From: Basidiobolus meristosporus CBS 931.73
Lineage: Eukaryota; Fungi; Basidiobolomycota
Reading direction: 5' to 3'
NCBI GenBank assembly: GCA_002104905.1
Contig: MCFE01000333.1
Coordinates: 28,760-92,759 of the forward strand
DNA: 64,000 bases
Under the pieces are notes generated by a model, which made no database searches, was not told the origin of the DNA, and saw nothing but the letters and a program-made list of their open reading frames with translations. Made by a program: the position numbers and the translations under genes. Positions 14,199 to 26,999 of this stretch are shown here, one piece after another (position 1 is the stretch's first letter; each line of letters begins with the position of its first letter).

Positions 14199-14999
14199 TA
14201 TAATGTTCTAACTGACTATGTGATTACCAATCATTGTGTTCCAGAAGGTTCCAGAGATCAACTGAAATCTCAATGGGATCAGAAGGAATCTCAAATGCTC
14301 TATGTAATTATTGCAAGGTTCTGAAGGGCCAGTCATAACCAACCAATTAGGGATCAGTATTCTGAAAGCAGTTTTACATAGGGATACCATATGTGCATTG
14401 AAATATATATCTACTATGCAGATTTGTAATTCCATCTAAATATCCGCCTAATAAATCAATAAAAACACTATTACAAGTCTTAGTGAATACCAACTAAATA
14501 TCTTGCTGGGACTTACTTGGAATATTCTCACCAAAATATCAGGCACCTACAACTTGAAAATAAGACAGGTTGTCTAAACCGCCCCAGACAATACACACAT
14601 GTAGTTGCAACCTTCATAAGCCTGTTCTATATGCTTATTGTGCTTAAACTATGGCAATGTATAAATATTACTTTTACATTCAATGAGTAACTAAGTGAGA
14701 GCCACGTAATCTACTAGCTTTCCCAATCAGCACTTATATCTCCAAGACTCTTTCAACAGCTTATGAGCCCCACGCTGTTGCTCTCTACAATGTCTACTAC
14801 CACTATAACAGGAGTTTTCCCATCTGCTAATAAGATGTATGTATCTAGCTAGCCAGTGTTGGCAGTGAAGATGTAGATGTTACTGCAAGAAAGGGGCCTT
14901 TGGGACATTATTATGGGAGTGGAAGCCTTAAGGTACCAGACCAAAGTTCAAAATGTTGTTGACTGCATATGCCTTAATGATAAAAAAAACTGCTAGTTC

Positions 15000-16260
15000 A
15001 GTGCTCAAGGGCAAAAATAGCAAAGACTGCCCAACAGGCTTTAGAAGACCCGTACCTGTCATGTTTAGCTGCTAAGAAAATACATCCTAGACACAGACTC
15101 TTTGCTACTAACATGCTGTCAGGCAAAGAATTGAGATATCTAATTATCACAACTACATTGCTGGTGATTGAGATGGAACTGGTAGGCATACCAATTACTG
15201 ATACAGATGTCATAGTTACCATCCCAAATAGCCTTGAAGACAAGCCTCAGGGTCCTGTAGCAGCCCCAGAGTCTAGAACTAAAAATTTGCTGATACAAAG
15301 AAGGAAGAAAGTACTTTAATCAATGACAGTCAACAGAGGAGATACCCAAGATCTTTCAAGGGCAATAGCAGCCTATTTTGTAAGTACCACAAAAGGAAAG
15401 GACACACATCAGACCAGTGCTCCAAAAAGAGAGACATTCAGCAGAAAAGCCTGCATATGGAAGCACTGCAACAATTGAAGATATAGTGTTCTTATCAGCA
15501 TTAAATATGACAACAAACAAGAATTCTCAGTCATGATATATTGAATTTACAGCATCTCAACACTCTACACACCAAAAAGAACTTTTAAACCAATTTCAAG
15601 AAATTTCAATTAAGTAGGTTTTCATGGGTGACAATAGAACACTTGATACAGTGGGTGAAGGAAATATCCAAGCAAACCTTAGAAGTGGTGAAGGAAGCCA
15701 TACACTGATCTTTAAAGAAGCATTCTAGGTACCAGAGATAACCAAGAACCTACTATCTGTAATCAAAGCCACAGCAAAAGGACCCAGTTTCAGCTTTATC
15801 AATTCAGGATGTAGGATCACTAATAAAGATGGTGCTCATATTGCTCTGGGTATCAGGGATCAGAATCTGTATAAGTTGGCTTATATTCCCTCATATCTGG
15901 AAGCCAATATAAGTAACTTAAGTGAGAAAACACCAATGTTCTGGCACAGGATATTTATACAAATCAATTTGGACTATTTGCGCAAAAAGATCAAATATTA
16001 ACCAATTCTGGAGTACAAATTGCTCCCCAAGCTAACTTGGTGCACGGCAAAGCCTGCATATATGAGAAGCAAGTGTGGCAGCTGTTTAAGAGCTCTAGAA
16101 TGATCAAAAGCAAGAAGAAATTAGATCTAACTCACTCAGGACTGTGTGGACCTATTTACACTTTATCCTTTGGTAGGGTGCAGTATTTAATCACTGTTTT
16201 GGATGATTATATAAGGTGCACATGGGTCTTATATATTTGGGATACTGAAATGAGAGTAAG
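15000..16260 (+). mobile_element. Ty1/copia relic (gag knuckle, protease, integrase N-terminus)
   Basis: Knuckle-like CKYHKRKGHTSDQC near 15380, degenerate protease and VPEITKNLLSV near 15735. Integrase KLDLTHSGLCGPIYTLSFGRVQYLITVLDDYIRCTWV lies in ORF 16037..16309. Confidence 0.75.
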
Positions 16261-16979
16261 AGAGACAGACCCCTGTAGGAAAGCAAAGATACTGACAAAG
16301 TTTGTGTAAGTATTCCTCAATAAAAACTCATAATATTCCCATACAATGAGACCAGATGTTGACAATAATCAAATAAAAAGTGCTTCAATAGTTAGGACAG
16401 CATCAGAGCAAAATAAGAAAATGTTTCTCTCTTCAGAGAGCTCTAGAGCCATAAATCAAGCTAGATTGGTGTCTATGAGTGTCCCAGAAGTGATGATTGC
16501 AACATCACAAGTCAGATAGTCTAAAAGATGTATAACCAACATATATTGCTTAATTCAGCAAGGTGAAAGCTTACTGACCCATCATAAGCTATGACTTTAC
16601 TGGTTTTGTGCATGGTTCTGTTGCAGGGAGAGATAGGCTGACAATTCATCAGTGAGCCTCCTCCTTCAGAGCTATTCCTGTACATGTTGCAATTTTAGAA
16701 GTGGTTTGGATATAAGGTACTATCAAGAAATAATGATAACAGTTGCACTGTGTTTGACTTCTAAAGAAGCTCAGTATTAATACCATTGTAGAATCAATAC
16801 AAATGTAGCACCAAGTAAGAAGAGTTTTTCAACAGTTAGCAGCATAGTGTCACAGTCTCAGGGTTAATACATAATGTTTGGTAAATGTGCTAATTTGATC
16901 CTGACTATATGGGAATAATTGTAAGATCATAGATCTAAGTTGTTCTAGGGAAAACCTGTTGCTTGTTGCACTATACCAA

Positions 16980-19900
16980 AACTTGCATTACCTAATTGAA
17001 CACTCCCACATTGGGGCTGCTTAGCTTCTTAATGCCATAGACATAGGTGCCTCAGTGTGCACACTGTCCTCTGTATTATCCAACTCTTCCTAGCTGTCCT
17101 CCATGTAGCAGTTTATCAGATCTATTACAGACTTGAAGGTAATATTCTTGATGAGATTAGAATATGGTAGTACCTGCACCTTGACTTGTCTTCCTATTTC
17201 CCAGACATCCACTCCATAGGAAACTCCCAAAAAGTGGAGACAGGCCCAATATTCTCCGCACACTTAGCAAGATAGAGTAGAGAATGACTACAGTAGTAGC
17301 AGAGATCTATGCATTCAGCCCTATACTTGTGGTATAGCCACTGAGATTCCATCACTAACTCTGCGCACTAAAGCTGTAGATGCATCACGTTGGCATTGTT
17401 GAGCTGTTTCTGGATGAATATTCCTGCAGTGTCTACAAATGACTCCCAATGCTTTCAATATACTCTTGATAGAAATGGCTTCAGAAGGTCACTTGAGTAG
17501 ATGAATATCTAGCTCATCCAGTCCTTGGACTGATGTTGTTGCATATGTATATGAATGTTGATTGGAGCAAGTGAAAAGTATATGGGTTAACAGACACTCT
17601 GTAATTTCTTACCAACTCTCTCAAATTTCTCTTGTATCTCAAAGGGCCCATTTAGCTTGAAATGCTCCATGCACAACTTGATCATCAGCTTAGGGATATT
17701 ATTAAAAAAGTAAATGTATTGGTCTAAGTGGAAACTAGACAACAATACTGTCCATTGGGCCCAAAAGCTGGCTGTTTTACTAATGGCTGGGTATCTCCAA
17801 TGTTGATAATAATATACACATGAATATGATGGCCATATATAGGTGTCCTGCCGGAAAGCATACAAGATTCATCCAGCAGTGGATAAGGTTAGCTTTCCAG
17901 GTTGTTTGGTAATCAAGGCCTTTCCTACAGTGGAATATTGGAGCTTTAATTGGCATATCAAGTGATTGCAGTTCTACTATTGCAAGGCTCAAGAAAACAC
18001 ACTTGAATATTGCAGGGATTTATTGCAAAGACAGGCACAGGAGGTGCTAGACCTTGCAATACCAGTGGAAGACCAGGACTATTGGGAACCAGTAAATGAA
18101 CAGTGGCATGAAGCCAAAGGGGTCCTGTCAAAGTCAGGGAAAAGGGCATTACTGCCAAAATACTTACTCAACAGCGGACTTTAATGGAGTAACTTGCATA
18201 GAGTGGGGGTGGGCTAAATAATACAGTGGGGTATATGGACTTGTATACGCTAGTAAACTTGGCTATTGAGGTTTAATTGAAGTTTCAATGAAAATAAATT
18301 AATTGGTGTGCATGAAAAGTAAGAAAATTGGTTGCACCAGGAAGTAAGGAGTATGAAAAAGTGGTAGTAACTAATCTATACTCACAGATGTAGAAGATGC
18401 TCAGATGTCTGGTACCAGAAGGTGAGAAAATTGGCAGACACCAATCAAAAGGCACATAGATATTGTTAAAATGGATAATCTTGACTATGTTTTGTGTGAA
18501 ATTTGGGGTGCAATTATTTTTAAACAATCTTTGTGTAATGATCTGCCGCTTGAATGTTTAAGTGAGATCAGTTTTTAGTCAGAATCCATTAGTATATGTA
18601 TAGGTTATCAGTATATCAGTATTATCTATGAAATCAGTAACATTAGTCAGCAAATGAATCAGCAGATCCTTATCAGACAGAAATAGATATATTAAGTAGG
18701 ATCTTATTGGGTGATGATGACTCAATCAAATGAGTCAACAGCCACAACTTACATTAGGAAATACAATTAGTCAGCAATTGATCTGGCAAAATGTATATAA
18801 GGAGCTGCTGGAACCTCAATAAAAATCAGTTCAAGTTTTAGTGAATACAATACTAGCTAAACTCCCTATTCCTCTACAACTCTTATACCAAGACTTGTAA
18901 AATTGGTAGCAGCAATAACCAGAAACCTCCCTCCTGAAGAAAGAAGAAACCACCCTTGAGATGTTGGACAATCAAGAATGGAAGAATGCCATGCAGCAAA
19001 TCCTGGCCCAACTGCAACAGTTACTCCAGATCCTCAGCCAACAGCAACAAGGAATGACCACCATGGCTCAGAACCAGCAAAGCCCTGTTAAGAGCAACTT
19101 TAGTTTGAAGGTCAACCAGTACCATGGCAGAGTCAATGAAAACATGGGAACTTGGCTCTTCCAGATTGAAGAAGCTTTTAAAGCTTAACAAATTGCTCCA
19201 CAAAGCAAGTTGCATTATGCAGCTTCTTACCTGGCGGATGCAGCCTTACAGTGGTTCCACAACAAGATCAGGTCAGCCACTATGATGGGATGCTCTACAA
19301 TCTCTACCTGGGATGAGTTTGTGTCAGAAATTCAGGATGCTTTTGAACCTCCACACCAGCAGACACTACTAAGAAGGAAGTTAAAGACACTCAGACAGAA
19401 AGGAACGGTTCAACAATACATCTATGAGTACAGATGTCCACTTGGGCAAATTGAAAGAATGGACCCCCTGGATCAAGTTGAATACTTTGTTGATGGGTTG
19501 AAAGAAAGAACTTGCAAGGAAGTGAATTATTGAAGACCTCAGACAATAGAAGAAGCCATCAAGATTGCCATTGACTATGACTCAGCTATGTTTGGAGTTG
19601 GGAAGCCTACAGTGACTAATCAGAAAAGCTGCAATCATTATGAAAGAAGACAGTCAGAAGCAGTACCAATGGAAATAGACGCTATGCAGAAGAATCCTAC
19701 CTCAGAAGAATGTAAGAAGAAAGGACTTTGCTTCAATTGCCACCAGCAGGGACATATTGCAAAGTACTGCCCTCAGAGAAGAAATGGACACCAGCCATCA
19801 AGAACCTTTAACCGTATTGAGGCCATGGAGCATAGTAACATGAAGGATGAGCTTGAAGAAGACTCAGAACGCACCTTCCACATGACAGAAGAATACCTAT

Positions 19901-22900
19901 CCCAGATGACCTCAAACTCAGGAAAGCTATTATGCTTGAATGGAGTAATCAATGGAGTACCTGCCAAGATCATGATTGACTCAGGAGCATTGCATGAGTA
20001 CATGTCAGAGCAATTTGCTCTGCAAGCAGGAATCAACTCAGAACCTACCAAATCAACTTCAGTCTCCACAGCTGATGGGAACTCTCACATAATCAACCGT
20101 ATTACTCAGCCAGTAAGAATGAAGATCAATGACTATGAAGAAGACCTACAGGCCTATATATTTGGGAACTGCAAGTTTGACCTTGTACTTGGAAAAACCT
20201 GGCTATTTTGTTGTAGTCCATCAATCAACTGGAGAACCCATGCTACTCAGATCCAAAAAGACAACAAGACCTATGAGCTATTACCTGCCAGGCTGGATTT
20301 CAACTTGGTCAATTCCAGTGTGTGTGAGACAAGTGAACTTAGCAAGACCCAGTTCTGTAGAGTGCTTAGAAAAGGTACTCAGATGTTCCTCATGGCAGTT
20401 TTACAGGAGGATTCCTCTCCCCCAGCACCCCATCAGGTCCAGACTCTCTTGAAGAAATATTCAGACATGCTTCCAGATGAGCTTGTAAGCCTACCACCAG
20501 TCAGAGAGGTGGATCATGCGATTGACACAGGAGATAGCCCTCCAGTGAGCAAGACACCTTACAGAATGAGTCCATTGGATTTGGAGGAAATGAAGAGACA
20601 AATTGATCAGCAATTGGAGCAAGGATACATCAGACCCAGCAAGTCACCTTGGGGAGTGCCAATGCATTTTGTAAAAAAGAAGGATGGAACACTTAGGATG
20701 TGCATTGACTACAGAGCCCTGAACTCATGTTGCCGTCAAGACAAGTACCCCATACCTTGGATTGATGAGCTTTTGGACCAACTTAATGGAGCCACTATTT
20801 TCAGCAAGATTGACCTCATGTCAGGATAGAACAAAATTAGGGTGAAACCAGAAGATATTCCTAAGACAGCATTTAGGACCAGATATGGACATTTCAAGTA
20901 CTTAGTCATGAGTTTTGGCCTCACTAATGCCCCTGCAACATTCATGATGCTGATGCAGACTGTCTTTCAGCAGTACTTAGACAAGTTTGTAATAATCTAC
21001 CTGGATGACATATTGTTATACAGCAAGACAGAAGAGGATCACGTAGTGCACATTGAAAAGGTTTTGAAGAAATTAAGAGAGAACAAGCTATATGGCAAGT
21101 TAGCCAAGTGTGAATTCTTCAAGGAACACGTTGAATACCTGGGACACAGAGTAACTAGCACAGGAGTGACCTTAGACCCTAAGAAGGTTGCAGTTATCAA
21201 GAATTTGAAGTAGCCCCATAGCATATCAGAACTAAGATCATTCCTTGGAATGGTTTCCTTTTATCGGATATTTGTCAAGTCTTTTGCAAGTATTGCAGCC
21301 CCTTTAACTGATATCCTCAAGAAAGACAATGCCTACAAGTGGGACATAGCTTGTGAGACTGCCTTCCAGACGCTCAAGAATGAACATGCTAAGCTGCCAA
21401 GCTTAAGAATACAAGACTTCAGAAAAGAGTTCACTCTGTGCACAGATGCTTCAGATTATGCAATTGGTGGAGTGCTGAGCCAAGAACACAAGGGAAAGGA
21501 CTACCCTGTTGCCTTTGAATCCAAGAAACTGAACTCAGCAGAACAAAACTATCCAGTCCATGAGAAGGAGATGCTTGCTACAATACACTGTTTGAAGACA
21601 TGGAGATGCTATATTGAAGGAGTCAAATGCACTGTGAAGACTGATCATGCCTCCTTCAAGTATATATTTACTCAGAAGGTACTCTCTAGAAGAATGACAA
21701 GATGGAGTGAATACATTCAGCAACTTGACCTGGAGATTGTCTACTGCCTTGGAAAAAACAACATGATTGTTGATGCCTTATCAAGATTAGGTCAAGTTGC
21801 ACAACTCAACTTGGTGCATAAATCAGATTGGCCTAGCCTATTACCAAAGTACTTGGAGGACCAAGCCATTCCTAATGAGGTGGATGAAGATATCAAGAAG
21901 ATGATCCGTGATGAAGCCAGCAAGTTTGTAGTACAGGATGAAACACTCTACCAAATAGTTGATGGAAGCCCTATTGCCTATTGTCCTTATGTCTCTTGCC
22001 TGGATTTAATACATAAGCTACACAATGGATATGGACATCTTGGAATTGAAGGAACCTATAGTCTTGTGAAAGCCAGAGCATGGTGGCCCAGAATGAAACA
22101 AGACATTGAGAAGCTAGTAAAACATGCCCAAACTGCCAAATCAATCAAGGCCAGCCACAAAGAATTGCCAAACTCTTCCCTTTTGAGCCTGTAAGACCAT
22201 TTGAGAGATGGGGAATTGACTCTATTGGAAGACTGCCAACCACCAGGAAATGCAACCATTGGATCCTAGTAGCAATTGATCATGCCACTAAATGGCCAGT
22301 TGCTAACGCTGTACCAATAGCCAGTGGACAAGAAGCTGCAAGTTTCATTTACCATGAGATCCTGATGAAGTTTGAATGCCCTGTGGAGATCTTATCTGAT
22401 AGAGGAGCAAACTTTATGGCAAAGACATTAGAGGCTTACCTGGAAATGCAGCAGATCAGACACTTGAAAACCTTGGCATATCACCCCAGAACTAATGGAG
22501 TCACTGAGTGGTTTAATGGATTATTTGGAAAAATGCTGACCAAGTATGCAAATGGAGTTGTCAGTAGATGGGATGAGTATATAGACCAAGCACTCTTTGC
22601 ATGCAGAGTCAGAGTACACAACACCACCCAGCAATCACCATTTTACTTAGTGTATGGATGTGAACCAAGGATTCCAGGAGATCTCACACAACCAAAGCTT
22701 ATAGACACCTTAGAAGATGAGCTCAGTCAGCCAAGCAGACACCAGCAACTGGAACAAAGACATCAAGAGGTTCAGACCAAAGTATCTCAAAGTGCAGAAA
22801 CAATGAAGCAGAGATTTGATAAGACTATAGCACCAGAAGCATTGACAGTTGGGAGCTTTGTATTGCTAAGAAACAACACTTGGAAGAAGTTTGAGCCACA

Positions 22901-23567
22901 ATGGACATGACCATTCAAGATCATCAGAGAATGTTCATTTGCAACATACCAACTGGTGGACAAACAAGGTAATACCTGGGAAGACTTAGTGCATAGGGAC
23001 AGACTCAAGCTTGCCAGACTTGCTGATAATACTGAACCATCAAGATATTGGTATCACAAGAAAAGAGATTCAGGAGAACCCTCTCAACTTTAGTAGGGGA
23101 GAATGTTATGATCTGCCGCTTGAATGTCTAAGTTAGATCAGTTTTTAGACAAAATCAATTGGTATATGTTTAGGTTATCAGTATATCAATATTATCTATG
23201 AAATCAGTAGCATTAGTCAGCAAATGAATCAGCAGATCCTTATCAGACAGAAACAGATATATTAAGCAGGATCTTATTGTGTGATGATGATGCAATCAAG
23301 TGAGTCATCAGCCACAACCTACATTAGGAAATACAATTAGTCAGCAATTGATCTGGCAAAATGTATATAAGGAGCTGCTGGAACCTCCATAAAAATCAGT
23401 TCAAGTTTTAGTGAATACAATACTAGCTAAACTCCCTATTCCTCTACAACTCTTATACCAAGACTTGTAACATTTGCATGGTATCCTGATGGGATCAGCA
23501 CCTCCTAGTCAAAAAACTTCAGCTTTAGATGGCTCTTCAACAGTTCATCACTGCTATTTTTGTAGGG
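16980..23567 (-). mobile_element. Internally deleted CACTA-like copy (transposase fragment 16980-17900, left arm 17960-18533 plus 23473-23567) hosting gypsy copy B
   Basis: Homologous to 7270-7900 and to 36930-37583. Joining 18533 to 23477 restores the arm seen at 37440-37583. Degenerate terminus tatttttgtaggg at 23567. Confidence 0.7.
18534..23472 (+). mobile_element. Full-length Ty3/gypsy LTR retrotransposon copy B (4939 bp), inactive
   Basis: LTRs 18534-18902 and 23104-23472 (369 bp, about 20 mismatches by hand count), 4-bp TSD TTTG, PBS TGGTAGCA 18904-18911, PPT 23094-23103. Gag-PR-RT-RH-IN order, 18961-23093, with in-frame stops and one frameshift near 22150. Confidence 0.95.
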
Positions 23568-23899
23568 CTCACCTAGCTGTACTTCCAGATTTTGCAAAAA
23601 CAGTTGTTGTCTGGTTGGTAGTTCTTCTTCGCTGATATGGGATTCAGTCTGTTCTATGTTAACAGTATTACTTAGCAAGGACTGCAACTATGTCTTACAC
23701 TTCCCTGTGTCTGGTTTTGGTAGACTATATTTCTTTTACCTTTATCTTTATTGCTGCTAGATTTTTCACTGCTGTTTTGATTCAGTGGTTTGTGTATTGT
23801 TTGTACCCTCTCCTAGATAATTGCTGCAACAGTACATTTGTTTCTGCCTATATATCCCTTAGCAGCACTCTACAGCTACCTGATGCTTCTATGCCATTT

Positions 23900-26800
23900 G
23901 TGTCAAGTTATCAGTGATGCTACCAACAGGTTCTTGCGGAAACTGCTTTCTTATCACTACCATACCCTTTACTTCCACTTTCACTAAGTGCCCCTATATT
24001 GAGCTAGGTTTTCTCTTGGCAAGTATTGCACTGTTGCATCAATATCTACCTGCTTGTGCCATACAGCCACTTTTTGACTAGCTGACATATCTTTGACACT
24101 TGCTTAAAGCTTTTGGCTATGCTTATGACAGGGTCTGGAGGAAGCTGCTGGCTCTTAAGGTGTGCCAGCCCTGAGGTGATGGCCTGCTGAATGTTGACTG
24201 CATCTTGAACATTAGCCAACTTACCATCATTGAACTTGATTGCTTTGCAGATCTTTAGTGACTGTTCTTATTCAGACTTTAGGATATGTATCTCTTTGTC
24301 TGCTCCCTATGCTGTCATAGAATTTTCATTAGGCAATGTTGTTTGGCTCAAAGACTCTACAGTGTTGCTGTAGAGTTACATTGGAATATGGCTCATTCTT
24401 GATGTATAACATTAAGCTACTTCAGTTCCCTATTTGCAGCCTACATTCATGGTTCACTAACTGAGATAATAATTGCTCTATACGCAGTACCCACTGTGGT
24501 GGTGTAAGGCTAAGGGAGTGATATGTCCAGCACTTCTCAAGTATTTTGTGTATGGTGTGTCTACTAGGTGTAATAGCCCTTGGCAAAGGTTTGCTAGAAA
24601 TACTGGGGCTTTGCCTCAGCTTTAAAATCAACAGAAATAAAGCCACAAACATGTCAACAAAAGACAACTGAGCTACAATCCCCAACATATTTGCATCTTA
24701 ACAACAGTATGTGCTGTGTGTAGCATTCTTTGTTATGACAATGCACCAAAGCTTTTGAAGTCAAAATAACTGTGAAATCCACCTGCATGCACTTGATAAG
24801 TATGCAGCAATGGTCAATAGTTGCAAACACAGATAAGTATCTTTGCCTAAGCAAGAACAAACTTGGCAAAGAATCATGTATCACAGAAGATACCTACTCT
24901 GAGTATTCCTAAAAGTAGTGCCTCTTAGGTCAGTTAGCTGTTAGCATGGTTTTCTGGGAGTGTTCTGTTATTAGGTATTGGAAGTTCAGGTGGCAGCAGG
25001 TGGCAGTGATCATGCTAATCAAGAAGTAGGTATATTAGTCAAAGGGATTATGATTCACTGTTGAGGGATTGCCTCCCACATATACTTTTCTCACTTTGGA
25101 ATGAGCTAAGAACATTCCAAGCAGATGTGGGGAGGTTCAAAGATGCGCAACACATCCAATCAATCAACTGTGTAGCAAAGGAATACCATATATGGGATAA
25201 AATGGTATGGAAGGTGGTGCAGCTTGGTCATATGTCATTCATACTGATGTGTGTAATTGCCATATATAGAAGCTCTTACATCTTGTAACTTACATGAGGT
25301 GAGTGAATACTGATGCAACATATAAGCAGGTGTAATAGTTGGCTAGCGTATGAGATAGTACTGATCAGATAAGACAAATGCAATAAAACTAAAACAAGAG
25401 TAGTAGTGAATATGGGAATGAGCACATATCCAGCAGGAGTCACTACAGCACACTACACTACTCATCATATTTATGAACTATCTCCTGATTTGTCTGGGCT
25501 ATTACATCTATTAAATCAGCCACTGCACCTGATGACCACATTGATGCACCAGTATGAGCTGACAGCAAGCTGGCTAATATTGGTGGAGGTGATGTTTAGA
25601 CAGTTACTTGCTGGTCTCCAACCAGATATACTGCATTTGCTACACACTCATCTACTTAAACAAAATGGTCAGCTTGTAGCTCTGCAGTGGTACTCAACAA
25701 CCTTCTTGACAAGGATCTTGAGGAGTCTGCATTAGGACTGTAAAGTGCAGGCTTTCAAAAGAGCCTTTTGTGGATTAGCCTTGCTTGTTGCACTGAATGT
25801 TGAAGTAGCCTGTTGTCCCATTATTTCTCTTCTGTTCCTTGCATGGGAATTGTTTGGGTACCAGAAAACATTGCTTATTTTTGCAGCATATCTGTGGAGA
25901 TGAATCAAACTAATGGGGATATGAAATTACATATATGTGTGTATGTGTTACCAAGGCTTTATTCATAATGCTTACTATTGTTTGTCATCATAGTGTCTTC
26001 TATTCATGTAGACATGATGTCTTCAACATAAGGCCAACTTAAACTCACAAGAACATTGACAAGAAAGCCATATAATAGCATTAAGTAGAGGAGTGCCAAG
26101 GTGTTAGATCCATGGACAAGACTGCTTTGATTCAATAACATAGAAGAAGGGAAAAAAGACAATGTGGCTCTGATTGAAAACCGTTCAATCATGAATCACA
26201 CACACAGCATAAGAAACACTACAAGGATCACAGGCAGTATCTCCTGCTCATATCATAGTTGAGCAATCATTGGTCACTACTATACTGACAATATCTAATC
26301 AGTCACTTGATATTACTTTGACAACACCTTGCTGCACTTGTGACTTTGCACAGATGGAGTTCAATACATTTATGGCACCTTTTGACTCACTTCAGCCTCT
26401 TGAATATGGCTTGCAGAGTAGTAGCTCCAAAGAGAAGGCTCAATGATACATTGTGAGCCTATTCCCCCCACTGCAATACACTGCATGAGATCAGAAAAAT
26501 CCTAGTATGCAATGAAACAACACCCATGGAAAAAGCATTAGGCTTACTCTGTGTAGCTAAGTGAGCACAGCAAGCCATTTACTAGTAAAAGATGAAATGT
26601 TGTGGCTAGGAAAGTGGTATTTTTCCACAAATATCATTAATGGGGACCTTGAGGATTTACTGCTTCTTTGTTTTAAAGTCATGGCAGGATGCAGCTTACC
26701 ATGTACTTGGTACATATGAGTAACTGTCATGCAGCTGGCAACATATGACCTAGAGATCATCTTGGTATCAACATGTGTTAACAGTTGCATGGTACTTACA

Positions 26801-26950
26801 TTAGAGGATGCCACCATTGCACCATGTCCAACTTGTTGAAAAACCACTATTATTGGAGAAAAAGATTGTTTATATTCTGCATGTATTCCAGTGTTGTAAG
26901 ACTCTTGAAGTTGTTGGAAGTGTTGGTGCAAACACAAATATTATGTGGTT
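23900..26950 (+). mobile_element. CACTA-like copy (accessory ORF on minus strand, then transposase 5' part), split by a solo LTR
   Basis: 23900-24494 plus 25458-25900 is homologous to 44400-45520. 25900-26950 is homologous to 45540-46430. Confidence 0.6.
24495..25457 (-). mobile_element. Solo LTR (~960 bp), same family as 34305-35378
   Basis: Termini TGTGGTGG...CACTACA. Flanks CCAC/CTAC (4-bp TSD with one transition). Host sequence resumes colinearly. Confidence 0.7.
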
Positions 26951-26999
26951 TTTGCTCAATGCTCCATTGGGTGTAAAGTAGTATATATACTCTTATATA

